Source: Candidatus Lokiarchaeum ossiferum (GTDB taxonomy: Archaea; Asgardarchaeota; Lokiarchaeia; Sigyniarchaeales; Promethearchaeaceae). Taken from it: a stretch of 20,000 nucleotides of DNA. The notes below the pieces were generated by a model. It did not search any database, was not told the origin of the DNA, and worked only from the letters and a program-made list of their open reading frames with translations. The DNA is taken from assembly GCA_025839675.1 (NCBI GenBank), contig CP104013.1, forward strand, positions 850,736 through 870,735. The letters are read 5' to 3'. This document shows positions 1-8,763 of the stretch, one piece after another. Made by a program: the position numbers and the translations under genes. The first letter of the stretch is position 1; each line of letters starts with the position of its first letter.

Positions 1-3000
1 TGATAAAATGGTTGATAATAAGTCTTCTTCAGATGAAGTTTCATCAATATTTTGAGAGAAATCGGTTTCAGATGAAGATTTTGAGGAAGATTCAGTTGTA
101 ATATTTGGAGATGGAGTGTTACTATTCATATCTTGATAGTATTTACAATCAAAGATGTTTTCCATTTGCGCAGAATCTATTCCTCGAGGACAATTCACCA
201 TATTGCTACATGAAAAACATAACGGCGGTTTCTCTTCAGGGATTTCTTCTGGAGCATTCATATCACGAAATTCTTTGCACGAAAAAATAGTTTCCATTTG
301 ATCCGAATCAATTCCCCTTGGACAATCAATCATATTACTACAGGAAAAACAAAGAGGCATCCCTGATTCTTCTTCCGAATCAGCTTCTCCTGAAGAAGAA
401 CCAGACATAGTATCGTACTCATCACATTTCATACAAGATTCCATTTGAGATGAATCTAACCCTTTGGGACAATCCACCATATTTTTACATGAAAAGCAAA
501 GAGGCATTCCATCAGAACTTTCATGCATTATTTTTGGTGAAGATTTTACAGTTGGCTGGGAATCACTTCCAATGTCTATATCCCGAGATAACAATTCTAA
601 GAGATCCATATCCGAATATTCATCATCTACTTCGATATTCAATTCTTCAATTATGGAATTTTCACTTTTTAATTCAATTTTATCCCCTATTGTAGAATTT
701 TTTGCTTCAAGAGCCGATTTTTCTTGTTTCTTGTTATATTCTGATAAAAAAAGTGTTGTATATTTACTTCGATTCAATCTATATTGATCTAATTTTCCAA
801 AACGATTGAGGGCACTTGTTTGTGAATACAAGGATTCAAAGAAGTCATCGGCATAGGGTATTTCAGTGAATTGAAACCCTTCCTCAATTTCAGAAGGAAG
901 ATTCTGACAGTCATGAGCGAAAAGATCATCAGTAATCTGAAAACAGTAAGGACATATATGCTTAAATTTATAATGTTTTTTCTTTGCTTTGATGGGAGTT
1001 ATTTGTTCTGATCCTTCCGAAAGGTCATCGAATTCGGATTTAATTTCTTTCTGGGCAATTTGCTCTGCCAGTTCATCATCATATATTGATTCAAATGTTT
1101 CCTTCAAAGATGGATTTTCTTGAGTAATCAGTTTATTATATAACTGAAAAAATAATGGGGTATATTCAGTTCGATTTAACTTATTTTCATCCACAAAGCC
1201 CTTTCTCTGCCATGCGTTTATGGAATAATATAAATATAAGAAAAAGTCACTAAAACATGCTCGAATGTCAAATTGAAATGTTTCAGGAACATCTTCAGGT
1301 AATTTTGAACATTTATGAAGACTTAAATCTTCTTCCGAGATATAACAATAAGGACAAATTTGCTTAACTCGATAATTTTTTACTTTTAAACTATCTAAAA
1401 TGTTAAGTTTTTGTTCCACAAAAATTTCTTTGGGAACTCGAGAGGGTAACTCCTCTGTCACTCCTTCTACAAGAACATTTATTTCTTCAGATGTTCTCCT
1501 AGATACTATTTCTAAATCATTTGATTGTTTATTACCCGAACCTGAAAGAAATTGAGAATATTCATAAGAAAAGAGAGATGAATACTCAGATCTGTCAAAT
1601 ATAAAAAAATTGAGTATTCCTTTACTTGATAAAGAGCCTATCTTTTGGTAAATTTTTTCAAAAAACTTTGCACTAAATAGCTGAATATCAAATTTAAAAC
1701 CAGAAGGGATATGATCACAAGAATGACCAAATAGACATTCGTGTAGAGTATAACAATACGGGCAAATCTGAGGTACGGTTGTCTTTTCTACATCTATACC
1801 CTTTTCTTCAATGATTTTTTCAATTTTACCCACTTTTTGTTTTAAAGAACTATAGTAACCAGTAAGATCATAAACTACGGGGTTATCTAGAGTTTCATTG
1901 TATTCTAAAGTTATATTTGGATCTTCACTCTTTTGAAGACGATTGTGAATGCGAATAAACATTTGAAGATATTTACGCCGATTAAGACGATATTGATCAA
2001 TATGACCGTGTCGATTCAATCCATTAGAGTTTTTATATAAATCTTTAAAAAATGTAACTTGCGAGAGAAGTGCGGAATAAGAAAAATCAGGAGGAAGCTT
2101 TGCACACGTATGATTGACCAAATTAGTGGTGGATTTGTAGCAAAAAGGACAAATTTGATTCAGTTGTTGGAGTTTAAGAAGAGTTTGGCGCTCATCTTCC
2201 TTTTGTTTTTGTGCACGCTTTTCTTGAAGTTGTAAATTTTTACGTTTCTTTGCTTCAAGAAGTCGTTTCTGTTCTTCAGCAACTTTATGTCTTTCAATCA
2301 GTATTCGCTGTTTATAATCTTTGAATTTTTCCTCCTCCAAATAAGGAGGTTGGAAATATTTGGTAAACAAACGATTATATTTATTATGACTAAATTTATT
2401 GAAATCAATTTTTCCATATTTATTCAAAGCACCAATTTCACGGTACAATCGCCTGAAAAATTCATAATCTTCTCCAAGATTTAGAGTGAATTTTATGTCG
2501 GGGGGTTTCTTATCACATTCATGGTCGTAAAGGGAATTGAATGATTCAAAACAGAAGGGACAAATTTGTTTTAAATCAGAAATCTTTTGAAAAGACTTGG
2601 AATTTCTCCTAGATTTGTCTGATAAAGATGTTTTAGTTGAATTTTTATGAGATGATGGCTTAAGATTTGAACTTATTTCATCTTCTATTTTTTCCATCTC
2701 GGTTTTTTTGTGTGGTTCACTTGTAACCTTTTCATCAGGTAGAACTAATAATTTTTCAAGAACTTCTACTGATGGATCTGCAGTTTCTTCCAATGATTTT
2801 ATTGCTTGCAAAAAATTTGTTCTATATCTCTTGAGATCAAATCGATAGAGGTTTAAAAATCCGCGAGGATCCCAAATTCCTGAAGATTTATACACAAGAT
2901 CAAAAAATTCATCTGGATGTATTCTACATTGAAAAGTAAAAAATGGATTATCATTACATTTATGAGAAGACAGCCGTCGATATTTCAATCCGCAATAAGG

Positions 3001-3459
3001 GCATAATTGAACCAATTTCGTTCCTTTTGAAAATGCAAAATCATTTTTTTTTTCAACAAGCTCTATTTTTTGAGCCAATATTTCCTTAATTTGCTTTTCA
3101 TCATCGAAATTTCCATCGATTATTGCGGTTTCAAAAGAAATTTGAGGATTGTTGATTAAGCGAAGATATAATTTAATAAACGAATATTGATAAGGTGTAC
3201 GATCAAGCTTAACTACATCAATATGGCCTGATTTCTTATTAAACGCAACAGAATTATGATAAAGATAATAAAAGAACTGATCGTTGCAAATTTCTTTCTT
3301 AAACATGAAATTTGGAGGTGCAATTTTGCACTTGTGCCGAGAAATTGCTTTAAAAGATTGAAAACAAAATGGGCACACTGCACTTAACGAATAATTCTGT
3401 GTTATTGACGCATTTATTTCAGATATTCGGACCCCCCCCGAATTTACAAATTCTGTCAT
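1..3459 (-). CDS. Giant multi-zinc-finger repeat protein, 3' truncated by window edge (start ATG at 3459; >=1153 codons); 7 CP[FY]C-x9-HxC modules and 3 C-x2-C-x5-C-x14-C motifs
   Basis: I read the complement codon by codon. Lines of 60 nt are in phase with this frame, and no tta/cta/tca occurs in phase from 3459 to 1. Translation starts MTEFVNSGGVRISEINASITQNYSLSAVCPFCFQSFKAISRHKCKIAPPNF... and ends ...EEDLLSTILS at the edge. The supplied ORF track omits it because it has no stop in the window. Confidence 0.93.
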   Translation of the reverse strand, partial: MTEFVNSGGVRISEINASITQNYSLSAVCPFCFQSFKAISRHKCKIAPPNFMFKKEICNDQFFYYLYHNSVAFNKKSGHIDVVKLDRTPYQYSFIKLYLRLINNPQISFETAIIDGNFDDEKQIKEILAQKIELVEKKNDFAFSKGTKLVQLCPYCGLKYRRLSSHKCNDNPFFTFQCRIHPDEFFDLVYKSSGIWDPRGFLNLYRFDLKRYRTNFLQAIKSLEETADPSVEVLEKLLVLPDEKVTSEPHKKTEMEKIEDEISSNLKPSSHKNSTKTSLSDKSRRNSKSFQKISDLKQICPFCFESFNSLYDHECDKKPPDIKFTLNLGEDYEFFRRLYREIGALNKYGKIDFNKFSHNKYNRLFTKYFQPPYLEEEKFKDYKQRILIERHKVAEEQKRLLEAKKRKNLQLQEKRAQKQKEDERQTLLKLQQLNQICPFCYKSTTNLVNHTCAKLPPDFSYSALLSQVTFFKDLYKNSNGLNRHGHIDQYRLNRRKYLQMFIRIHNRLQKSEDPNITLEYNETLDNPVVYDLTGYYSSLKQKVGKIEKIIEEKGIDVEKTTVPQICPYCYTLHECLFGHSCDHIPSGFKFDIQLFSAKFFEKIYQKIGSLSSKGILNFFIFDRSEYSSLFSYEYSQFLSGSGNKQSNDLEIVSRRTSEEINVLVEGVTEELPSRVPKEIFVEQKLNILDSLKVKNYRVKQICPYCYISEEDLSLHKCSKLPEDVPETFQFDIRACFSDFFLYLYYSINAWQRKGFVDENKLNRTEYTPLFFQLYNKLITQENPSLKETFESIYDDELAEQIAQKEIKSEFDDLSEGSEQITPIKAKKKHYKFKHICPYCFQITDDLFAHDCQNLPSEIEEGFQFTEIPYADDFFESLYSQTSALNRFGKLDQYRLNRSKYTTLFLSEYNKKQEKSALEAKNSTIGDKIELKSENSIIEELNIEVDDEYSDMDLLELLSRDIDIGSDSQPTVKSSPKIMHESSDGMPLCFSCKNMVDCPKGLDSSQMESCMKCDEYDTMSGSSSGEADSEEESGMPLCFSCSNMIDCPRGIDSDQMETIFSCKEFRDMNAPEEIPEEKPPLCFSCSNMVNCPRGIDSAQMENIFDCKYYQDMNSNTPSPNITTESSSKSSSETDFSQNIDETSSEEDLLSTILS

Positions 3460-3697
3460 AGATCAATTAAAGTAAAGGTTTTTCGTGAGCAATAAATACA
3501 TTCATTTCTATTCCAGATACTTTTTTTTCTAATAATTCTAGGAATTTTTTTTCTAATAACCACAGTTATTGTGAAGATTTTGGAGCTTTCCTAAAAATTT
3601 TTACAATGAAAATTCCGATCTAACCACTTATGTCTTCAATAAAAACAATTTGAGAAAAATCAAAATGAACTATTATTCTTAAAAACACATTAGTAAT

Positions 3698-5704
3698 TTA
3701 GAGGAACAACTTTCCATCAGAATATATCTCACTAACAGTGACTATATTTTTTAAATCATCGTATTGATAAAGAATTATTAAATCCCCATGCTCTATATGG
3801 GATACAATACCTTTTAAGACCGCTTGAGATATATACCAAGGATCAGCTTTGATTTTGCACTCGGGATAGTTTGTACATCGATGAAAAATTTTTCGAGTGG
3901 TGACAATTTTGCTCATTTCGGCCTCACAGGAACTGCAAATTACTTTCAATTGTCCTCGATCTTGCTCCCAACGATTCATTATTTCTTTAAGTAAATCTTG
4001 TTTTTCTTCATTTGTAATTTTAATTTGAGCTTCTTCATGGATTGAAATGTCAATATTCTCCAGATCTGCAAGATTCTGAAGATCTTCTTCTGCTTTATTT
4101 GGGATAATTTCTTCAGTGCGCTTTTTCTGTCGTTTAAATAATCGAAACCTATGGCGTTTTTTTTCAAGTTTCTTTTGAATTTCTTTTTCCAATTCTTCTT
4201 CAATTTCTTTTTGGATTGCATTTTCCCGATCTTCTCGATTCGTTTCTGTTTCTTTAAAAGCATGGCATTGAAAGACTTGTTCCATTTGTTCAGAATTTAA
4301 ATTAAGAGGACAATTATCTATATGGGTGCAAATCCCACAAATTGAAATATCAGATGGAACTATCGAAGATTTATATGAAGTTGTAGAAAAATTCATGTTT
4401 TCATATAAATCACAATCAAAAATAGTTTCCATTTGAGATGAATCTACACCTTTTGGACAATCCATCATATGTGTACAGGAGAAACACCATGGCATCCCAT
4501 CATCAGGGGGTGTTTTTAAGCCTATTTTTTCCTGAGTTGACAGAGCTTTAGCGGTTTTTGCAGGTAACCCGGTGAGATCATAATCTCGAGACATCATATC
4601 TAGAACATCCATATTGGACAAATCTTGATTATCCAGCTGTGAAAGATCCATGGTGAGATCAAGATCTTCTTCATCCAAGCCATATAATGAATCGTGGAGT
4701 TTCTGCAACTTGAAATTATAAAATTGAAAGAATTCAGTCGAATAAGTCGACTGATTAATTTTTATTAAGTCAGGAGTACCATTTGGAGTAGTGATGCGCA
4801 ATTTTCGATATAAATCTTCGAAAAACAATTCTTCATTCAAAGCAGATTCAAAAGAAAACTCAGAAGGCATTTTTTCACATTTGTGATCTCTTAAAGAATG
4901 AATTACTTGCAAGCAATAGGGACATAAGACTTTTGAGGAAACAAAATTCTTCAGAGTGTCCTTTTTAGCCTTTTCAAGGATTTCCTTTTCGAATTTTTCA
5001 AAACGGGATTTCTTGTGGGATGGAGTGGAATAATTTTTCTCCATTCGAGCTTTTTCTAATGAAGGCCCTTCCATCTCCATCATACGATCATAATAAGTGA
5101 AAAATAACAACCGATAAGCCGCAGTATTCAATTTATAAAGATCCACATTCTTTGAAGAACTCCAAGCATCAAGCTTTTTATAGAGAAATATGAAGAAATC
5201 GTTCGTGCATATTTTTTCTTGAAAATGGAAATCGGGAGATAACTCCTCGGGAAGGGAAGCACAAACATGTTCAGATAAACTCGGAACACCTTCATAACAA
5301 TATGGGCAGATCTGTTTTATAAAAATAGAAGGAGGAACTGATGAATTACGAGTAACAGAACTAGTTTCAGTTTTAGCAGGATTTTTGATAATCGGATCTG
5401 TAATTTTAAAAGAAGTTTCAATAGAAGCATCTATTTCTTTTTGATATGCCCGAAGAAATGCAATTTGGTACTTCACAGGATGAAGTTTATAAATATCAAA
5501 AGTTCCTTGATCTGATAATGCATCAGATTCTTTATATATATGCTTGAAAAATGAAGCATCATCGATTTTTTTGGAAAACTGAAAATTTGGAGGAAGATCA
5601 AGGCATTGGTGCCCATAAAGAGAAAGAAAAGATTTAAAGCAAAAGGGACAAATTTGACGGTATTTTTTTAATTTTGATTCTTTTGACTCTTCATTTTTAT
5701 CCAT
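3698..5704 (-). CDS. Multi-zinc-finger repeat protein, paralogue of the 1..3459 gene: 3 CP[FY]C-x9-HxC modules, 2 C-x2-C-x5-C-x14-C motifs, and a C-terminal topoisomerase-like zinc ribbon
   Basis: 668-aa ORF. Contains CPFCFKSFLSLYGHQC, CPYCYEGVPSLSEHVC, CPYCLQVIHSLRDHKC, CFSCTHMMDCPKGVDSSQMETIFDC, CGICTHIDNCPLNLNSEQMEQVFQC and CSSC...CTNYPEC. Confidence 0.93.
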   Translation of the reverse strand: MDKNEESKESKLKKYRQICPFCFKSFLSLYGHQCLDLPPNFQFSKKIDDASFFKHIYKESDALSDQGTFDIYKLHPVKYQIAFLRAYQKEIDASIETSFKITDPIIKNPAKTETSSVTRNSSVPPSIFIKQICPYCYEGVPSLSEHVCASLPEELSPDFHFQEKICTNDFFIFLYKKLDAWSSSKNVDLYKLNTAAYRLLFFTYYDRMMEMEGPSLEKARMEKNYSTPSHKKSRFEKFEKEILEKAKKDTLKNFVSSKVLCPYCLQVIHSLRDHKCEKMPSEFSFESALNEELFFEDLYRKLRITTPNGTPDLIKINQSTYSTEFFQFYNFKLQKLHDSLYGLDEEDLDLTMDLSQLDNQDLSNMDVLDMMSRDYDLTGLPAKTAKALSTQEKIGLKTPPDDGMPWCFSCTHMMDCPKGVDSSQMETIFDCDLYENMNFSTTSYKSSIVPSDISICGICTHIDNCPLNLNSEQMEQVFQCHAFKETETNREDRENAIQKEIEEELEKEIQKKLEKKRHRFRLFKRQKKRTEEIIPNKAEEDLQNLADLENIDISIHEEAQIKITNEEKQDLLKEIMNRWEQDRGQLKVICSSCEAEMSKIVTTRKIFHRCTNYPECKIKADPWYISQAVLKGIVSHIEHGDLIILYQYDDLKNIVTVSEIYSDGKLFL
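3857..3937 (-). other. Zinc-ribbon motif (CSSCEAEMSKIVTTRKIFHRCTNYPEC), similar to topoisomerase C-terminal zinc repeats
   Basis: Pattern CxxC...F..CxNYPxC near the C-terminus of the 3698..5704 product. Confidence 0.6.
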
Positions 5705-5922
5705 AATTAAAAATTCCTTTGATCAAACGACTTTTCAGTTTCATATTTTTGAAAAAAACCAGTTCTAATTAAATAATTGAAACTCTTAATCTATATTTCT
5801 CTGTTTCTAATTATAAAAAAATGGGTTTATAAAAATAATTCTTAAAGGTAAACTTTCTTCTCATTATTATATTTTAGGAAAAATAAAATTACTTGGTTAA
5901 AATGATGGAAAAAGAAAAGGGA

Positions 5923-6041
5923 GTTTCTCAGTTTGAGGTTTCGCAATATTCGAGATATCACTACTATCCACAACGCATCCGGCCTTAACTTCAGTGTTCG
6001 GAATGGGTACTGGTGTTATTCCGGACCTATGACCGAGAAAC
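5923..6041 (-). rRNA. 5S ribosomal RNA, copy 1
   Basis: The minus strand contains AACACCAGTACCCATTCCGAACACTGAAGTTAAG, the conserved 5S core. Helix I pairs: 5' GTTTCTCGGT with 3' ACTGAGAAAC. Length is 119 nt. Confidence 0.93.
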
Positions 6042-6062
6042 AATATAGATAGTGATATAAGC

Positions 6063-6070
6063 TTATTAAA
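6063..6070 (-). promoter_or_regulatory. Candidate archaeal TATA box (TTTAATAA) for 5S copy 1
   Basis: Located about -29 to -22 from the inferred 5' end at 6041. Identical in copy 2. Confidence 0.5.
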
Positions 6071-6198
6071 CTTATCGAAGTGCTCAAGATCCTTCTTAAA
6101 TTTTATTATTTACATCTGAGGCATGTTCGGTTAAAATTCATTTCAAAGAACGATAGCTTTTTTTATTTGAAAGACATGGTTGATTTAGGTGGAAATTT

Positions 6199-6666
6199 TT
6201 GAGCATAGGACTTATTTTAATTATCATCGTGTCGGTTATTGCAGGAGGATACTTTATATTACTTATAATAATTCAGTTGATAAGTAAACGCCCAAATAAT
6301 TTAGGAATTTCAGGAGGAAGATTACAAGCGTGTCCTGATATTCCTAATTGCGTGTGTAGTTATAGCAAAGAAAAAAATTCTAAAATAGAGCCATATTCAT
6401 TTTCAAAATCAATTAAAGAACAAAATTCTATTTTGATTGAAATAATCCAGAAATATCCAAGAACTAGAATAATCAAAAATGAAATAAATTATGTTTATGC
6501 AGAATTTCGTTCCCTGGCGTGGCGTTTTATAGACGATGTGGAGTTTTTTCTGGATGAAACTGCCAAATGCATCCATTTTCGCTCTGCATCTAGAATTGGG
6601 ACAAATGATTTCGGAATGAATCGAAAACGGATGGAAGATATAAGACAATTGTTGAAGGAATCTTAG
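6199..6666 (+). CDS. DUF1499-like membrane-anchored protein (TTG start)
   Basis: N-terminal hydrophobic segment, then PNCVCSY...YAEFRSLAWRFIDDVEFFLDETAKCIHFRSASRIGTNDFGMNRKRMEDIR, the DUF1499 pattern. An in-frame TGA at 6181 leaves TTG at 6199 as the likely start, with AGGTGG at 6187-6192 upstream. Confidence 0.8.
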   Translation: MSIGLILIIIVSVIAGGYFILLIIIQLISKRPNNLGISGGRLQACPDIPNCVCSYSKEKNSKIEPYSFSKSIKEQNSILIEIIQKYPRTRIIKNEINYVYAEFRSLAWRFIDDVEFFLDETAKCIHFRSASRIGTNDFGMNRKRMEDIRQLLKES

Positions 6667-6842
6667 GGGTATTGAGGCAGAAATTATTGATAATTGGAAT
6701 GTAAAGTAAGAGATTTACCAATGATCATCTTTCTCTTCTTTTTTTTAGTTAATTTGAAAAATAATAGAGCGTTTTTTTTTTGAGAAACACTAGACCCAAT
6801 ATAAAATTAGCATTACTGGTAATTGGATAAAAAGAAAAGGGA

Positions 6843-6961
6843 GTTTCTCAGTTTGAGGTTTCGCAATATTCGAGATATCACTACTATCCACAACGCATCC
6901 GGCCTTAACTTCAGTGTTCGGAATGGGTACTGGTGTTATTCCGGACCTATGACCGAGAAAC
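6843..6961 (-). rRNA. 5S ribosomal RNA, copy 2
   Basis: The 119-nt sequence is identical to copy 1, including the helix I strands and conserved core. Confidence 0.93.
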
Positions 6962-6982
6962 AATTTAGATAGTGATATAAGC

Positions 6983-6990
6983 TTATTAAA
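6983..6990 (-). promoter_or_regulatory. Candidate archaeal TATA box (TTTAATAA) for 5S copy 2
   Basis: Same position relative to the 5S 5' end as in copy 1. Confidence 0.5.
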
Positions 6991-7076
6991 CTTATCGAAG
7001 TGCTCAAGATCCTACTTAAATTTTGTTATAATCTAAAACACAAAAATCAAGAATTAAAAAGAACCAAAAAAAATAA

Positions 7077-7814
7077 TTATAATCGCATCGAATAAGGAAT
7101 TAGGGCCCGTCGCATTATTTTACTATAAGAATAAAGCACAGAACGCATAGATTTTACAAGACTAAGGATTAATTCTCCTTTAATGCTAGTATAATAGTAT
7201 TTCAACAAAATCATGTCTGCTTTGTGATCATGTTCCTTAAGGTTTGTATTTATGATGGTTTTTATCTCGGATAACCGTTCTTCCCTAATATCTTCATCAA
7301 TCAAATCTATTTTATGGAGAAATACATTAAATTGAGCTTTTGGTGCAACCAATGATTTCGAGTTTAATGCTTCTATTAGATCTTCCAAAATTTGATCCTT
7401 AAATTTATCAAACTGACTGATATCCATTACAAAGATGATAGAATCAGATTCACCAAAAGCTTGCTCTTGATCTAACCCAAGCCAACGTTCTATTTCTTGA
7501 CCCGCAGAATCTGCAACCCCTGCTGAAACATCCAACCAATTATAGGTATAATTTTCAATTCCTCGAGTTGGTTCCAAAGGATCATCAATCAAGGTTTGTG
7601 GACTTGAGTCTTCGAAAAACACACTCCGTATAGTAGATTTTCCTGCTGCGGGGGGACCAATGAACAATATTCGCCTGATCGATTCATCTTCATTTGCAAT
7701 TCCGAGCATTCGCATTAAAAAAGCATCGGTAGGCTCCCCTTCTTCCTTATTGGCATCAATTAATTCAGCCACTTTTTTCGAGACTTCAATTGAGACCTTT
7801 TCTTCTTCTGTCAT
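7077..7814 (-). CDS. Rag/Gtr-like (Ras-superfamily) small GTPase with about 45-aa N-terminal extension
   Basis: G1 GPPAAGKST, TRGIE switch region, G3 DSAGQE, G4 HKID. HKxD, followed here by LIDEDIREER, resembles RagA HKMDLVQEDQR. Confidence 0.82.
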   Translation of the reverse strand: MTEEEKVSIEVSKKVAELIDANKEEGEPTDAFLMRMLGIANEDESIRRILFIGPPAAGKSTIRSVFFEDSSPQTLIDDPLEPTRGIENYTYNWLDVSAGVADSAGQEIERWLGLDQEQAFGESDSIIFVMDISQFDKFKDQILEDLIEALNSKSLVAPKAQFNVFLHKIDLIDEDIREERLSEIKTIINTNLKEHDHKADMILLKYYYTSIKGELILSLVKSMRSVLYSYSKIMRRALIPYSMRL

Positions 7815-7942
7815 AATTCATCCCATTCTTAATCCTAGAATCGTATTAACGATCATTTTGATTTTTAGTGCTTAATATGTATCCGTTTGAATTATTTCTT
7901 GTAATATTTTTAAAAAATAGTTGTTATTAAAAATCTTCAATC

Positions 7943-8584
7943 ATGTGGAAACAATCTTCGGAAATTAAACCCAGCACTCAATATTCACAAACACTCAAAT
8001 ATAATATCAGATTTGAACAAAATATGGATAAAAATGCACTTTGGAAATCTTTTCCGGAATTAGAAACACCTAGATTATGGCTAAAAAAAATGAGCCGAAA
8101 GCATGCAAACGAACTTATGGAATTTTGGGGTGACGATGAAGTAACCAGATATACAGACTTTAATTCATTTAGGGAAATCCAAAAGATAGAAAAAACAATA
8201 AATTGGGTAAACAACCGGTTTAAAGATAAATATGGAATTCGGTGGGGCATTTTTCTCAAAGAAAACTCAAAATTGATTGGAACTTGCGGATTTAATTCAT
8301 GGATCACAGATCGGGGAAACAAATCCGAAATTGGATACGATTTACATAGAAAATATTGGCGAAAGGGATATATGTTTGAAAGTCTTTATAAAATGATTAC
8401 CTATGGATTCCAGGAAATGAAATTGCATCGCATTGAAGCAGATGTGGATCCAAATAATATGGGGTCACAAAAATTGTTGGAAAAACTCCATTTCACTAAG
8501 GAAGGATGCTTGCGGGATAATGGGTATTGGAAAGGGCAATATTGGACGACTTTGATATATGGTCTTTTAGAAAAAGAATTCTAA
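7943..8584 (+). CDS. GNAT-family N-acetyltransferase (RimJ/RimL-like)
   Basis: ETPRLWLKKM..., IGTCGFNSW..., EIGYDLHRKYWRKGYMFESL..., HRIEADVDPNNMGSQKLLEKLHFTKEGCLRD. The true start may be an internal ATG near 8024. Confidence 0.85.
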   Translation: MWKQSSEIKPSTQYSQTLKYNIRFEQNMDKNALWKSFPELETPRLWLKKMSRKHANELMEFWGDDEVTRYTDFNSFREIQKIEKTINWVNNRFKDKYGIRWGIFLKENSKLIGTCGFNSWITDRGNKSEIGYDLHRKYWRKGYMFESLYKMITYGFQEMKLHRIEADVDPNNMGSQKLLEKLHFTKEGCLRDNGYWKGQYWTTLIYGLLEKEF

Positions 8585-8703
8585 ACAAGCGATATCCTCA
8601 TCAAAGTGTTCTTTATATCCATCAAACATCCATAATTCATTTATAACAGAAGAAAAAGAAGTCAAAAAAAAGAGCAGCCGCCCAAACCCTTGAAAAAACT
8701 TGG

Positions 8704-8740
8704 AAAAAAAAAGGGTTGGATTGACACGGCGCCGTTGCCA
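8704..8740 (-). terminator. Possible terminator downstream of the archaellin
   Basis: On the minus strand, after the stop at 8764, an imperfect hairpin TTGgCaACGGC/GCCGTGtCAA (core palindrome 8726..8735) is followed by CCAACCC and T9. Confidence 0.35.
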
Positions 8741-8763
8741 ATACGATCGATTCACATTAAGGA

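Larger units (their letters stand above)
5911..6104. repeat. 194-bp direct repeat, copy 1 (5S rRNA gene plus promoter)
   Basis: Matches 6831..7024 at a constant 920-bp offset with two visible substitutions, both outside the 5S gene. Confidence 0.95.
6831..7024. repeat. 194-bp direct repeat, copy 2 (5S rRNA gene plus promoter)
   Basis: Matches 5911..6104; see copy 1. Confidence 0.95.

Noticed and set aside
105-787. Small ORFs 105..290 (+), 450..695 (+) and 464..787 (-)
   Set aside because: All lie inside the continuous minus-strand giant ORF with convincing repeated zinc motifs, and they have no recognisable domains.
3979-4263. 94-aa minus ORF, lysine-rich
   Set aside because: Alternative frame inside the low-complexity K/E-rich linker of the 3698..5704 gene; composition explains it.
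6409-6648. 79-aa minus-strand ORF
   Set aside because: Antisense to the DUF1499-like gene, whose conserved motifs are clear.
5911-7024. 194-bp direct repeats as a mobile element or CRISPR
   Set aside because: The repeated unit is fully explained by 5S rRNA plus promoter. There is no transposase, inverted terminal repeat or short regular spacer pattern.
8726-8735. ACGGCGCCGT palindrome as a special regulatory site
   Set aside because: Only 10 bp; better explained as part of the hairpin before the T9 run downstream of the archaellin, or by chance.
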